Positions 40,325 through 55,194 of a stretch of 64,000 bases of DNA are shown piece by piece. Position 1 is the first letter of the stretch, and each line of letters starts with the position of its first letter. A program made the translations under genes and the position numbers. Origin of the DNA: the human T2T-CHM13v2.0 reference genome, Homo sapiens. The notes under the pieces were generated by a model, which saw nothing but the letters and a program-made list of their open reading frames with translations, was not told the DNA's origin and did not search any database. The stretch lies in the NCBI RefSeq assembly GCF_009914755.1, contig NC_060944.1. One strand, 5' to 3'.

Positions 40325-41202
40325 TTCATATCCTTTGCCCACTTTTTGATGGGGTTGTTTGAACAGACCTGTCTCAAAAGAAAACATTTATGTGGCCAAT
40401 AAACATATGAAAAAAAAACTCATCATCACTGATCATTAGATAAATGCAAATCAAAATCATAATAAGATGCCATCTCATGCCAGTCAGAATGATGATTATT
40501 AAAAAGTCAGGAAACAATAGATGTTGGTGAGGTTATGGAGAAATAGGAACACTTTTACACTGTTGATGAGTGTAAATTAGTCCAACCATTGTGGAAGACA
40601 GTGTGGCAATTCCTCAAAGATCTAGAACCGGAAATACCATTTGACCCAGAAATCCCATTACTGAGTATATACCCAAAGGATTATAAATCATTTTACTATA
40701 AAGACACATGCACACATATGTTTACTGCAGCACTATTTACAATAGCAAAGACTTGGAACCAATCCAGATGCCCATCAAAGATAGACTGGATAAAGAAAAT
40801 GTGGCACATATACACCATGGAATACTATGCAGCCATAAAAATGAATAAGATCATGTCCTTTGCAGGGACATGGATGAAGCTGGAAGCCATCATTCTCAGC
40901 GAACTAACACAGGAACAGAAGAGCAAACACCGCATGTTCTCATTCATAAGTGGGAGTTGAACAATGAGAACACATGGACATAGGGAGGGGAACAACACAC
41001 ACTGGGTCATGTTGGGGGGTGGGGGCAAGGGGAGGGAGAGCATTAGAACAGATACCTAATGCATGTGGGGCTTAAAACCTAGATGACAGGTTGATAGGTA
41101 CAGCAAACCACTATGGCACATATATACCTATGTAACAAACCTGCACATTCTGCACATGTAGCTCAGAACTTAAAGAAAAATTTAAAAAATTTAAAACAAG
41201 CA
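40325..41202 (+). mobile_element. L1PA8-like, 5'-truncated, with a 36-bp 5' inversion
   Basis: ORF2 C-terminus (ORF 40589-40960) and 3' UTR gcatgtggggcttaaaacctagatgac; TSD aaaaagacaagaatt (40312-40326) / aaaaaggcaagaatt (41203-41217). Confidence 0.93.
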
Positions 41203-42229
41203 AAAAAGGCAAGAATTGATGGAGGAGCTGGAAAGTGGATATAAATCATTGAATCTCTCTGCATAAGCAATAAAGACTAATAGGACAAGGCTAAAGAATA
41301 GAGAGAAAATGTGGGTTAGCAGACTGGTGGTCTTGATGAAGGAGAAATGCTGCTTATAGGAGAAAATAAGCAGATGAGTTAGAACATTTAGTTAGAGAGC
41401 AAGACATATGCACTGTGATGTTGGACATGGTGGTACTTCTGGTTACAATAGCATCCAACATGTGACCTTGGGAGGGTCTAAAAAGGTCACTGGAAATGAG
41501 AACATCAAGGAATTAAGAAACCAGAGGAAAAAACATAGGCACATTGAGTTTCCCTGTTTTTGGAAAGTTGGTCATAAAGATATTTGCAGAAAGTCAGCAT
41601 TTTATCTTTTTTTTAAGGCAACAGTTCTCAAATCTGATATTATCTTTCTTTGTTCCTCCAAGTATCATACATTCGACGAAAGAAAAACCATATCTTCAGT
41701 ATATGAGATCCCCTGGATGGCTTTTCTTCTCACTCTCATTACCTTTCCTACAGCACATTTTAATTTTTTTTTCTCATGAAGCTATGACAGTCTGTATCCC
41801 CTAGGCCTCCTCTCAACACACACTGCTTACAACTCAGCTTCCACCACCCGGAGAGTTTTGCCCTTCTGGATCCAATACATGGTTTCCATAAATACCCTCA
41901 GGCATATGTTACAAATATTAACTCATTAACAAGAACCTTGAATCTCTCCTAGGTACTCATTTTCCAAGAGGAACACATTAGTAGGCCATGTTGAAGAAAT
42001 CAGTCTATAGGCAAAGAAAAGAAAGATTGAGTATCCTGTTTCCTACTGGAAACAACTACCTATTTATAAACTTTCTAAGCTATATGTGCTACACATATTT
42101 TAATAATTGCATCTATACAAAAGGCATTTATACAATTATTTTTCCATTAAATTGAAAAGTATTCACCTGTCCAAGTAAATTGTTCTAAAATGATTGAGCA
42201 TTTTTCCATGTAAATATTTAAATGTCTTT

Positions 42230-42900
42230 AAAAATAACTTTTGTAATTTCAAAGTTATGTTTACCATCAAAAATTTGAAAATGAGAAGGTGCAATGAAAT
42301 CCAACCATAATCTCACCACTGCCAGAAACAAACCCTCATAAAATTATCTTTTGTTGACACCCAATTATATACAATAAATGGATCTCACTATATGTGCAGC
42401 TTCTAGCAGTACATGGTATATAGTAGATGTTGAATAAAATTTGTGGAGTGAATGAACATACGTAATGTTTTGTATTACACTTTAAATCTTCTTCATGCTT
42501 TTGAAGGAGGATGTTATAAAAGGAATACATGGAACTTATAAAAATTTAAAAATCCAATAGTTCAGAAAGAGTAAAATAAAATAAATTCTTGTCACTCTGT
42601 ATTGCCATTACCTGGAAAAAGTCCCAGTAGAAATCCTGGAAACTCACAGAGGGAGAGAGGAAGAGAGAGAAAGAAACATGCAGATATAAATATGGAAATA
42701 TACTTAAGAAAAATGGTATTATTCTATATGAGGTTTAGCAATTTGCTTTTTTCCACTTAATATTTATTAAATATATGTCCATATCAGCATATATAAATTT
42801 ACTTTTTTCTTTACAATGGATCGTCCTATAACTTAATCATTAAATTGATGGACCTTTACACTATAGCCTGATTTTACACTGTTAACAGGAATGCTCTAAT
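42230..42900 (-). mobile_element. L1ME-like 3' UTR relics
   Basis: gcaatttgcttttttccacttaata...atatgtccatatcagcatatataaattt. Confidence 0.5.
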
Positions 42901-42919
42901 AAATATTATTCAGTCCCCC

Positions 42920-45450
42920 AAGAAATACCATTTGCCATACAATGAGCCAGACTGGGAATTTAGACATTAACAAAACAGCTAAGATCTCTAACCTCAGACA
43001 GTTAATGAACTCTTAGATCTACTAGAAGAGACAGATAAGCAAAAAAGCAAAAATGAACATATCATTTCAATAATAATTTGCAATATGAGGGAGAAGAACA
43101 GAGGGAACAACAGAAGAGGCTTCTATTGGATGGGTAGGAAGGTCCCTCTGGGGATGTAACTGATAATTTGGGAACTAAAAGATGAAAAAAAGCCAGGCTG
43201 CAAAGAGATGGGAGGCATCAAAGCAAAGGGAACAACAGACACAAATGGCCCCAAGAGAGACTTTGCTTCCAGGAAATTGGAAGACATGGGACATGGCTAT
43301 TGTATATAGCATGTAGCCCAAGGCTAGGCTGGAGAGGTGGAAGATTAATAGATCTTGTAAGATGCTAAATGAAAAGTTTAAATTTTATTCCAAATGTAGT
43401 AGGAAATTACTAAGTGAAGGTGACCATCAGATTTGCATTTTTGAACGATCACTCTTACTGCTGCAGGAAAAAAGGATTGAAGAAAGGCCAGCAAGGAAAG
43501 TTGTTGGGGTTATCACAGGAAACAGGCAAGTGACAGTGGTGGGGCTTGGTCTAGAGTTGGGGCAGTGGAAATGGAAATGTGTGGAAGATCAAAGACTACA
43601 GTCAAAATTTGGTGATAGATTCGATATAGCAGATGAGATGGGGAATTGTCAAATGACTCCTTCCAGACTGTTAGCAACTAGGTAGCACCTTTTTCTAAAA
43701 TCAGAGAAGGAGCATGATTTATATTCCTTTGGGCATATACCCAGTAATGGGATGGCTGGGTCAAATGGTATTTCTAGTTCTAGATCCCTGAGGAATCGCC
43801 ACACTGTCTTCCACAATGGTTGAACTAGTTTACAGTCCCACCAACAGTGTAAAAGTGTTCCTATTTCTCCACATCTTCTCCAGCACCTGTTGTTTCCTGA
43901 CTTTTTAATGATCGCCATTCTAACTGGTGTGAGATGATATCTCATTGTGGTTTTGATTTGCATTTCTCTGATGGCCAGTGATGATGAGCATTTTTTCATG
44001 TGTCTGTTGGCTGCATAAATGTCTTCTTTTGAGAAGTGTCTGTTCATATCCTTCACCCACTTTTTGATGGGGTTGTTTGTTTTTTTCTTGTAAATTTGTT
44101 TGTGTTCTTTGTAGATTGTGGATATTAGCCCTTTGTCAGATGAGTAGAATGCCATAAAAAATGATGAGTTCATGTCCTTTGTAGGGACATGGATGAAGCT
44201 GGAAACCATCATTCTCAGCAAACTATCGCAAGGACAAAAAACCAAACACCACATGTCCTCATTCATAGGCGGGAATTGAACAATGAGGACACTTGGACAC
44301 AGGAAGGGGAACATCACACACTGGGGCCTGTTGTGGGGTGGGGGGAGGGCGGAGGGATAGCATTAGGAGATATACCTAATGTAAATGATGAGTTAATGGG
44401 TGCAGCACACCAACACGGCACATGTATGCATAGGTAACAAACTTGCCCGTTGTGCACATGTACCCTAGAACTTAAAGTATAATAAAAAATATTCGTATAT
44501 AAAAATAAGAGCACAAGAAAAAAAAAAGAAAAAATAAAATAAAATAAAATGGGAGAAGGAGAGGAGATGAACTGACTTATGAGAAAATTTAGAGTTCCAC
44601 TTTGGATATGTCAGTTTTGGGTTGCCTTTTGGACAACCAAGTGGAGATGCCAATTAGGCACCTGTGTATATTAGGGTCTGGATCTCAGCATAAAGGTTTG
44701 TGCTAGATATAAAATAAAGGATTCATCAGTATATGAATGGTTCTATATCATCCAGAGAGAGATGAATAAGACTACATGGGAAAAGTAGGTTGAGAGAAGA
44801 GAAGTACCCCAACCTGTAGAGACCATTTAGAGAAGGCTGTTCCGGAAAAGAAGCCAGTAGAACTATTAGCTGTGGCATATGTTACACAAAGGAGGACTAA
44901 GAACTCTGTTAGACTGAGAGGTTGGGAGTCCAAAGGAAAATCTACTTCAGTGGCAATGTGGGGGCCAAAACAAGATTGGAATGGGTTTACCAGTTATTAG
45001 GGAATAGAAAATATAGGAAGACAATTCTTAGGAGAAGTTTGACTTTGCAAGGTTGCAGAAAAAGTAGAGTAACTGTATGAGTTATGGGGTAAAAAAATGG
45101 TTCATAGCTATTGCTACGTGTGTAATGTAAAGATGGGAAATCCTAGAGCAAATTTGTGTATTAATGGGAATAATTCAGTATGGTGAGAGGGGAATAAACA
45201 TGCAAACTACTGAATGTAGAGGTTAGACTGTACAGGATTCAAAGTACAGGGTTGGCCTTTGACTTTCTCCAGGAAAGAAAAGGCAGAAGGAGAAAACAGG
45301 ATTCAGACACCAGCTGATTTACAGATTTGTGATAAGAAGATGTCGGGAATCTTCCCTCTGGTGGTTTCTGTTTTCTCAAAAAAGCATGAGGCAAGTCATC
45401 AGCTTAAAGCCTGTGCAGTTAGTGCATGTGAGAAGAACAGGTAAGTTTGA
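42920..45450 (-). mobile_element. Long L2 fragment, host of an inverted L1PA
   Basis: atcagatttgcatttttgaacgatcactct; gagttccactttggatatgtcagttttg...ccaagtggagatgcc. Confidence 0.8.
43711..44545. mobile_element. L1PA4/5-like twin-primed insertion: about 43711-44147 inverted (-), about 44151-44545 sense (+)
   Basis: ORF2 C-terminal DNA on the minus strand abuts sense 3' UTR and poly-A; TSD-like taaaatcagagaaggag / taaaatgggagaaggag. Confidence 0.93.
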
Positions 45451-45627
45451 AGAGGAAAGGCAAGATATAAAATTATTTGCAGACAATGGAAAAAGTAGCT
45501 TCCTAGAATTTCCAGGTAGTGTTTTATGTACATTTAAATTTGGGGCTCGTGAATTTGTAGTGAGATCAATCTGCCAAGTGACTCTTGCAAGCAACAATCA
45601 TGAGTGGCTGGGTTCATCAAGGATGAT

Positions 45628-45820
45628 GGTTCTCAAAGCACAGTCACTGGACCAGCAGCATCAGCCTCAGCTGGTAACTTACTAAAAATGGTAATTCTTG
45701 GGCCCCACCCCAGATCTACTAATATCAGAATACCTGGGTATAGGACACAGCAATATTTTTTAACAAGATTCACCATTCAGGTGATTCTGATGGATCTTAA
45801 ACGTTTGAGAATCATAAATC
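45628..45820. mobile_element. MER5A/B MITE
   Basis: ggttctcaaagcacagtcactggaccagcagcatcagc...ggtgattctgatg...tttgagaatca. Confidence 0.82.
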
Positions 45821-46229
45821 TAGGGAGAGCTTTGCATAAATGCAAAGAAGGGAAAGGAAAGAATTAAAAAGTATTTGCAAGACCATGATTATACTGATGA
45901 TCCATGGAATAAAAACTAGATAAGTAGTGAAGTCATCCTTTATAGATATCTATCTCAGCCACTTTTAGAAAAAATACATTCTAAAAAGTATGATTCTTGA
46001 ATAAAAGGTGTGCAATTTTAAACTGTAATACATATTGCACAATGGCCTTCCAAACACTTTACAAAGTCATCCATAGGGCAAAAGAGGCCCACTGTAATGT
46101 ATGCTTACCCAACAACTTTTTTCACTGCTGTCCACTTAATAGGTGACAATCGTATCTTTGGGTTGTTTTTGTGTTGTTATTTGTTTGCTTATCTTTTATT
46201 GTACTTATGTCCCTAAAATGAAATGTACA

Positions 46230-47050
46230 TGAAAAGGATAGAGCTACTTCTCAACAACATGTAAGAAAAGGACCAGAAGAGTTTTAACTGGAACATGCAA
46301 CAAGTCTATGGTATGATTATAGCTCCATTAATAAGAATGTGTGTGTGGTTGAATATCAGTGATATTTCCATTCACTTCTGTCCTGGGAAGATTTCTATGG
46401 GTCTTATATTCAGTTCTGGATACCACAGTGTGAGACAGAGATTTATAATCTAAAATTCTACTCTAATGATAATGTGCCTTTCTGCAGCCACTGAACATGA
46501 GGTATAATTGAATGTTTTGGGAATATTTGGCCTAGAATATAGACTTTTGTGAAAGGAAGAGAATAAAGAAATGAGAGAGCAGCATGACACCCATAAAGAA
46601 ATATATGTTACAAAAAAAAATGTTTACATTAGCTGAGTGTGATGGTGTGCGCCTATAGTCACAGCTACTCTGGAGGCTGAGGTGGGAGGATTGCTTGAGC
46701 CCAGGAAGTGGAAGTTGTTGTGAGCCAAGACCACACCACTGCACTCCAGCCTGTAATAGAGTGAGACTCTGTCTCCAAAAAAAAAAAAAAAAAAAAAAAA
46801 AAAATGAAAGAAAGAAAAAGAAATATCTGTATAGTTGACAAATGAAAGATAGTGTAGTCTTCTTCATCATAATTTTCTAAAAGATTCAAGTGTAGAATTT
46901 ATAAGAAGACAAGTTTTATTACAATCTATAAAAACCCTTCCTAATAAAATAGAACTGTCTTCACTAATCCTTTAGGCTTCTTAGCCAAGGTTGAATGATA
47001 TTAGCTGAGCACTAGAACAACGATCTTCACCTTCTTCTCTAACTTTGAGA
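46230..47050 (+). mobile_element. L3/CR1 3' relic, interrupted by an Alu
   Basis: atattcagttctggataccac; gggaatatttggcctagaa. Confidence 0.5.
46608..46817 (+). mobile_element. AluJ right monomer (5'-truncated)
   Basis: Linker A-tract, right arm and poly-A; TSD aaagaaatatatgt / aaagaaatatctgt. Confidence 0.9.
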
Positions 47051-48714
47051 TTCATGACGCTTTGAGGATTCTAAGCTTCATTTTCATAGAGATAACTCAT
47101 TTTATCTGTTTCTTCTATTGAAATTTCTATCACAGCCTGTTTTTCCAACCAAATGATTTGATATTCTCATTTAGCTTCAAGCATAAAGGTCACTTTTGTT
47201 TGTTAAACTTTGACTTTATTAGCCAACCACTATCAAAAAATCTTTTAAATTTATGACCATTTATTGTGGCATTTGACATCTATTTGAACTTCATGCCTGT
47301 GGGATGACAAGAAGAATGTACTTAGAGACTTTTTAGTTCTCAATATTCTTACAGCAGGACAAGTTTTGACAGAATGATAAATATTACCAGTAAGTAGAAA
47401 AATTAATGTGTAACACTGGTACTACTGTTTGAATTTACAATAATGCAGTTCATTGTGACTGTTTTGGTAGATTTACTTCCAACTTCTCCATGGCTGACGA
47501 AATGACTGATTATGGCCTAACAACCTTTGTTACCTCCACAATCTACTTTCCAAGAAGTAAATCAAAGTTGCAAACATCAACCTGCTGCCAGCCTGCTCTT
47601 TTCCTAAAGAGATTAACCCAACATCACAAACATGACTAACTGGCCTCTCTCATCTACAAATCTCCCCCAACTAAGGAGTTAGAGATTCTCCATCACATTC
47701 CCAGCTCCAGACGGACAGACACCATTGAGAGCTAAGATGCCACAGACACCACCGAGAGCTAACTAGTGAAAGAAATAAATATAAAGGCATCTTCTGAAAA
47801 TTCAAAGACTGCAGGAGAGTTTGAAAAGTCTTCTAACAACAGTTCAGGCAAGTTAAAGGGGATATCTAGATCTCCAGTTCACTCTCACATGCTTTTATTT
47901 TACAGTAAGATATGGAATCAGTAAACAATAGAAGACATAGAGGTTTCCTACTTCAATATTACTGTTGTCCCTATGAGAAAACAAATGATGAAAACCTCCC
48001 ATGTAACTTTTTCAGGTCATGGCTGGGGTAATTTAGTGGGTCACTCTTCCCCTTCACTGTAACCTACAAGGAGAAAAGGGACACTATCTACAAATATTTA
48101 CTAGCCATGGGGGAAAATATTAGGCATAGCACACACAGCTAATTCCTTCAATGTCAAAATATTTATATAGATATAAATATATTTAAATCTGGTTCTTATG
48201 AAACTGTTTCATAGATTTTTTTTCCCAAGTGACTAATAAACTATCTAAGAAGTTTGTCTAGAAATTTGCTTTGCTTAGAAATATTCTGTTCTTATGGAAC
48301 TGTGAGACTTGTATATATATATAAACATATATATACATTATATTATAGATATACACACACACATACACTTATACATATAAATCTTCTGTTCATATGGAGC
48401 TTTTAATAGACTTTAATAGACTTTTATATTTATAGAATATATAATATAACCAGGTAAACTATTTCTGTCAGGAAGAAAAACTAAAATTTTCTTTCTATCT
48501 CCATCTCCATCATGATTTCAAATTCATTTAATTAAATGTGATATTGGCAAGATTTGTAATTCAACATTTCAGTATATAAAAATTTATTAATTCATTCTAG
48601 TAAGAAAAGCCAGCATGAGTTAAATTATCTCAATCCCAAATAGCTTGAGATACATTAAAATTAATTCCACATATAAAAGTAACTAGGAAAAGGGCATGGC
48701 GCTTCATGTATTGC

Positions 48715-49230
48715 TACTTTATCTGGGAGTACAGTTTCAGGAAGCAAGAGTGAGAGACATGGGGACTAAAACAAGGAAGCAAACAGAGCCAATACAAAAA
48801 TGCTTTATGGTGCTGGCCACCAGTAAGGTTGGCTGATTTTGCTTGATCACAAAGAACCATCTTCTGAGAATCCATAAAAAATGCTTCTTAGGACAGTCAG
48901 TCTGGGGAAGTAAAAGAGCAAGAATTTTTTTAACCGGCTTTTGTTTCCCTTGGGTCACAGATTAGCCCTATAGGGCATGAACTTCCCACACTTCTGGGTT
49001 GTGCATTTGTGGGCAATAAGTGGGATCTCATGGAGTCCCATGCTTTGGCTAGAAACAAGGACAATCTGGGTCAGGAGGCAAAGGGCATATGGCTTAGGCA
49101 TCATGTGAGGTTAGCTAGGTTGTACTCACGAGACAATGGCTGGAGGTCTTAATGGGCTAGTGGTCATTGCAGTGATTGGAAGAAGAGACAGTGACGGCAA
49201 GATGATTGGAAGGGCATATGAACAATGATA
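48715..49230 (-). mobile_element. Old ERVL-type LTR (LTR33-like)
   Basis: tttatctgggagtacagtttcaggaagcaagagtgagagac...agagccaataca. Confidence 0.45.
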
Positions 49231-49736
49231 AACGCAGACATTTTATAAATATGGGAGAAGGGAGGTAGTGTGCGCACACATCTGCTTTCCTATGCATTGA
49301 AAGCATCTTAAAGGGAACCCCAGAAATAATTACCATTGATTATCTGTTGGAGGCAGTAACTTCTTACATAGAGAGGTAAAGAGACTTGCTGCATACATTT
49401 TTGTGTTTTGATTTTTTATTGTTTTGAATATGAATGTTTCCCATTCAAAATAATTCTGAAAGTCTTTGAAAAAGAACGTAAGCACATACTTTAAAATCAC
49501 AAGGAAGAAAAATATAATCTCAGGAAGCAGAGAAAAACTGGGCATTGGACAGGGGTGGGAAAGTTAGGAGATGTGATTGTTCTGCATCCCCCATTTTTAG
49601 GAGTGGTTGAAGAAGAGACTGCATCGGTCAATAAACAGAGATGCCAAAATATTGGTTAAAGCTAAGTGGCAACCAACAGAAGGAATAGAACTAGAAACGG
49701 GGTTTAATTTTCATTTTATTCCCTTCTGTACTATTG

Positions 49737-49744
49737 TATATGTA

Positions 49745-49797
<53 letters not shown>
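49737..49797. repeat. (TA)n microsatellite (about 22 units) with a TG lead-in
   Basis: Direct reading. Confidence 0.97.
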
Positions 49798-49800
<3 letters not shown>

Positions 49801-50919
49801 TTACTAATAGCAAAAACACTATTTAGTACAAATTAAAGAAAAAAAAAGCTCCAAACCATGCTTCAAATACTAGTTAAGTACAGAGCCACTAAGGTGCTGC
49901 ACTAAAAATATTTCAAGTCAGAAAATCACAACTAACCTGAAGACACTATTATTTGAAGAACACCCAAGCTTCCGGAAATGTTTAGAAAACAATTAAGGAC
50001 AAAAACAAGAAAAAAAACAAGTGCTTGTAACTCAGAACACGGCTAGTGTTATGAAAGCAAACACTGCACAAGAGTAGCTCATTTTATAAATGTAGGTTTA
50101 CTAGAAATTGACATCCAGAATTAACAGCTGCAGTTGCCTGAAACTACAAAACCCCTTGAACAGAAAATCAATGACCACTTACTACGCCAAGCCCAGAAAG
50201 CATGGAAGGATAAGCAAGGGCACATCCAAGCACACATTTGCGAACTATAAAGGGCAATCCTCTACCAAAGTACTTGAGAAATAGCAGTTTTCCTGAGAGA
50301 ATATAGGGACAAATAAGGGTCCCTATGTGAAAATGGAGATATTTTATATGCAAATAATTGGAATGACTTGCTGAAAGCAAACAGCAGAAAAAGAAGAGTC
50401 TAAGAACATGTCAGCCTTCCAAACAAACCTTTGAAATAAATGTAGATCAAGTGGATGTTGGAAAAGCTGATGTAACCTGGCACTTGTGATTTATCTAAAC
50501 CAATTTTTAGGCAAACATGATGCAATTATATATCTGCATTAAAGTATCATTGTAAGAGAAAAATAACCTGCTAATACACCTCTTCTGGAAACAAGTAGAA
50601 TTTAAATAAGTAGGAAAATTACTCAGAATCCATTAAATTCACTTTTCCATCAAGCACTCCTAACTCCATGTCTTTTTCTGTAAATCCAGAAATAAAATCC
50701 TAAAGCCTTTTCAAAAACCCATCCCCTCAAATCAGGTTTGTAAGGCACCATAAATGAGCTGGAGAAGTTGGTTTTCTCAGTGGTATAAAAGTAAATAAAG
50801 GCAACAATTAACATGGGAAAGAAAATTCAAATATTCATTTAAGCCTAGTGATTCCTCCAGAGGCCTACCTGGAAGGCATGGGATCATGCTGTGGTGGGAG
50901 ACCTTCTAGCCCTTTGCCA

Positions 50920-51070
50920 CCAACAGTGTAGTCTGTGGATCATCATCATTACCTGAGAACTTGTTAGAAATGTAGAATCTCAGGCCCTAATTCAGACTTG
51001 CTCTATCAGAATTTACATTTTAACAAGCGCTCTAGTGATCTGTATGTTCCTTGAAGTCTGAGAGGTGCTG
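50920..51070. mobile_element. MER5A MITE
   Basis: cattacctgagaacttgttagaaatgtagaatctcaggccc...acattttaacaag. Confidence 0.8.
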
Positions 51071-51219
51071 TCATAGTTTCTCAACATTGACCCCAGAGTC
51101 ACATGGTAGTGCTTATGATAAAATACAGATTTTCAAGTGTCTTTTCAAACTTACTGACTCTCCAAGATCAGCCATGTAGATGCATCAAGCAACCACTTCA
51201 AGTAATCTTTCAAATCAGG

Positions 51220-52712
<1,493 letters not shown>

Positions 52713-52841
52713 TCAAAATCAGGTGCAGTTCTCACGCAAATCCTTTTTTATTCAGTTGTGGTAGTAGCACTACCAAAGAAAACACTAATGGTTTAATAGC
52801 TAAGGGAGAGAGATGGATGAGGAGCTAAGATTTTACATCTG

Positions 52842-53153
<312 letters not shown>

Positions 53154-53632
53154 GTAGATATGGTATTTAATTATAATATTATCAGAGAATGATGTGGTAA
53201 AAATAACTTTCCAGGCCTCAGCTTTGCTCCAGTTCCTGCATCTTGAATTTTCTTTTTCTTTCAAGACACAAGGCAGAGCATTTGTATCTTTCAGGCCCTA
53301 TGTCAAAAGTCACCTCTTTGAGAACCCTCCCAGAACCAGGGACAGAACGTAAAGACCCTACCTCCTATATCTATATCCCTTATTTCTGTAACTCACTGTA
53401 TTTTAGAGCTCTGTCACTGTGTGGGCTTTCCCATCGAAAATGAGTTTGTCCTGCAAAGAGATAGCTCTTTGCAAAGCTACCTTCTCTTTTCACTAAGTCC
53501 TCTCCAATTCTAAGTCAGCATCCTCAGCTCTAAAATGGTGACACTAAGGAGTGTGTTATCCATTAAATGAGCCACAGATAAGAGAACCTAGCATGACTGT
53601 GTACTGAATAAATGCTAGCTATTATTATTCAT

Positions 53633-54124
53633 ATTATATTAATTTCCTATCGCTACTATAATAAATCACCACAAACTTATGACTTAAGACAACATAAATT
53701 TATTATTTTATAGTTCTGGATGTCAGAAGTACAGAATGGGTCTTATGCATGAAAATCAATGTATTGGCAGAGCTGGTTCTTTCTGAGGGCCCAAGGACAG
53801 AATCCATTTCCTTGCCTTCTTCAGCCTCTACAGTCTACCCACATTCCTTGGCTTGTGACCTCTTCCCTCATCTTCAGAGCACATCACTCCAACCTCAGCT
53901 TCTGTCATCACATCTCCTCTGATTTGACCTTATTGCCTCCTTCTCATATGGACTCCCGTGTGATCATGTTGGGCCTACTCAGTTAATATAAGATAATCTC
54001 CGCATCTCAAGATCCTTAACTTAATCATATCTGCAAATCCTTTTTGTCATATAAAGGAATGTGTTCTGTGGTTCTGGGGATTGAGATGTAGACATATTTG
54101 AAGAGTCATTATTCTGTCTACCAC
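53633..54124 (-). mobile_element. MLT1C/D-like solo LTR
   Basis: Reverse strand starts TGTGGTAGACAGAATAATG; aaatcaccacaaactt...ttctggatgtcagaag. Confidence 0.85.
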
Positions 54125-54471
54125 ATACACTATTCTATATTTTTAGTATCCTAGTTTCCTCCATTTCAAATGCCATGCCATTTGTCATCTCCCTTTTAAC
54201 AGCTGGTGCCCCACATTTAAAGGTTTGGCAAATACTCAGTGTTGGCAAGAAAGCGAAGCACCCATACGGCAGGGTGGAGCTTAAATTAGCATAAATACCT
54301 TTGAGAAAAACTTGAAAGTACCTAATAAAATGCAACATTAACACACCCTGTGACCCAATCCCACTAATACATACATACTCTAGAGAAACTGAGACCCACA
54401 TGAACAAGAAAATTGAAAGTTTAGTGGCATTGTTTACAGCTGCAAAAAGTTGGAATAAACTTACAAGTCAA

Positions 54472-54626
54472 TGTGGCAGGGATACTAAAAATTCCCCATT
54501 CCCTTCCTGAATACAAAGCAAGACTATGTTTTCCAGGTTCCCTTGCAGTTAATTTGGGGGCCTTGTGGCTAGGTTTTGGTCAATGCAAAGTGGGCAACAG
54601 TAACGACTCCCTTCCAGCAAAAAATA

Positions 54627-54669
<43 letters not shown>

Positions 54670-54905
54670 CCAGTGCAACCCTGCCTTCTAGCTTAGTAGA
54701 CAGCTGGATGATCCACTAGAAACTCAGGGGAGGACCTAGAAAATGACAATCATGCAAGATGGAGAAATCTGAGATCCCGAGTTAGCACATGCAGGAGAGT
54801 TCCCCAGCCAGAAGCATTAACTTTGAACTTCACATGAATGATACAAAAGATTTTATTGTGGATTTTGGGAATTTGTATTAACAGAGATGGTATTATTTAC
54901 TCTGA
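54472..54905 (+). mobile_element. MLT1I/J-like LTR nested in an L1ME relic (about 54200-55190)
   Basis: tgtggcagggatactaa...gttcccttgcagtt...gattttgggaatttgtattaacag. Confidence 0.6.
54628..54668. repeat. (TAA)n microsatellite
   Basis: Direct reading. Confidence 0.97.
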
Positions 54906-55194
54906 CAGTAAAACGGACAAAGAGACAAGACAGAAAATAGACAAGTTGAGGTGTGTTCAGACAACTGAATATTGTACCACCAGTGAAACTGAATGTATTA
55001 GCACTTTGTGTGTACCCAGGGATGAACTTAGAAACACAATGATAAGCAAAGTAAGGTGCAGGTTATATATAATATAAAATGAAATTCCTTACATTGTTTG
55101 AAAGAATACATAACATTTCTACATACTGTTTAGAAATACTAACACAAGGAGAAGTACAAAAAAGTATGTGAAAATAAGAAGTATCAACACCCAG

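Noticed and set aside
40589-40960. 123-aa ORF with strong protein similarity
   Set aside because: It is the ORF2p C-terminus of a 5'-truncated, promoterless L1PA8, not a host gene
41010-41040. G-quadruplex-capable G-tracts (also near 15175 and 44335)
   Set aside because: Standard L1 3' UTR polypurine tracts
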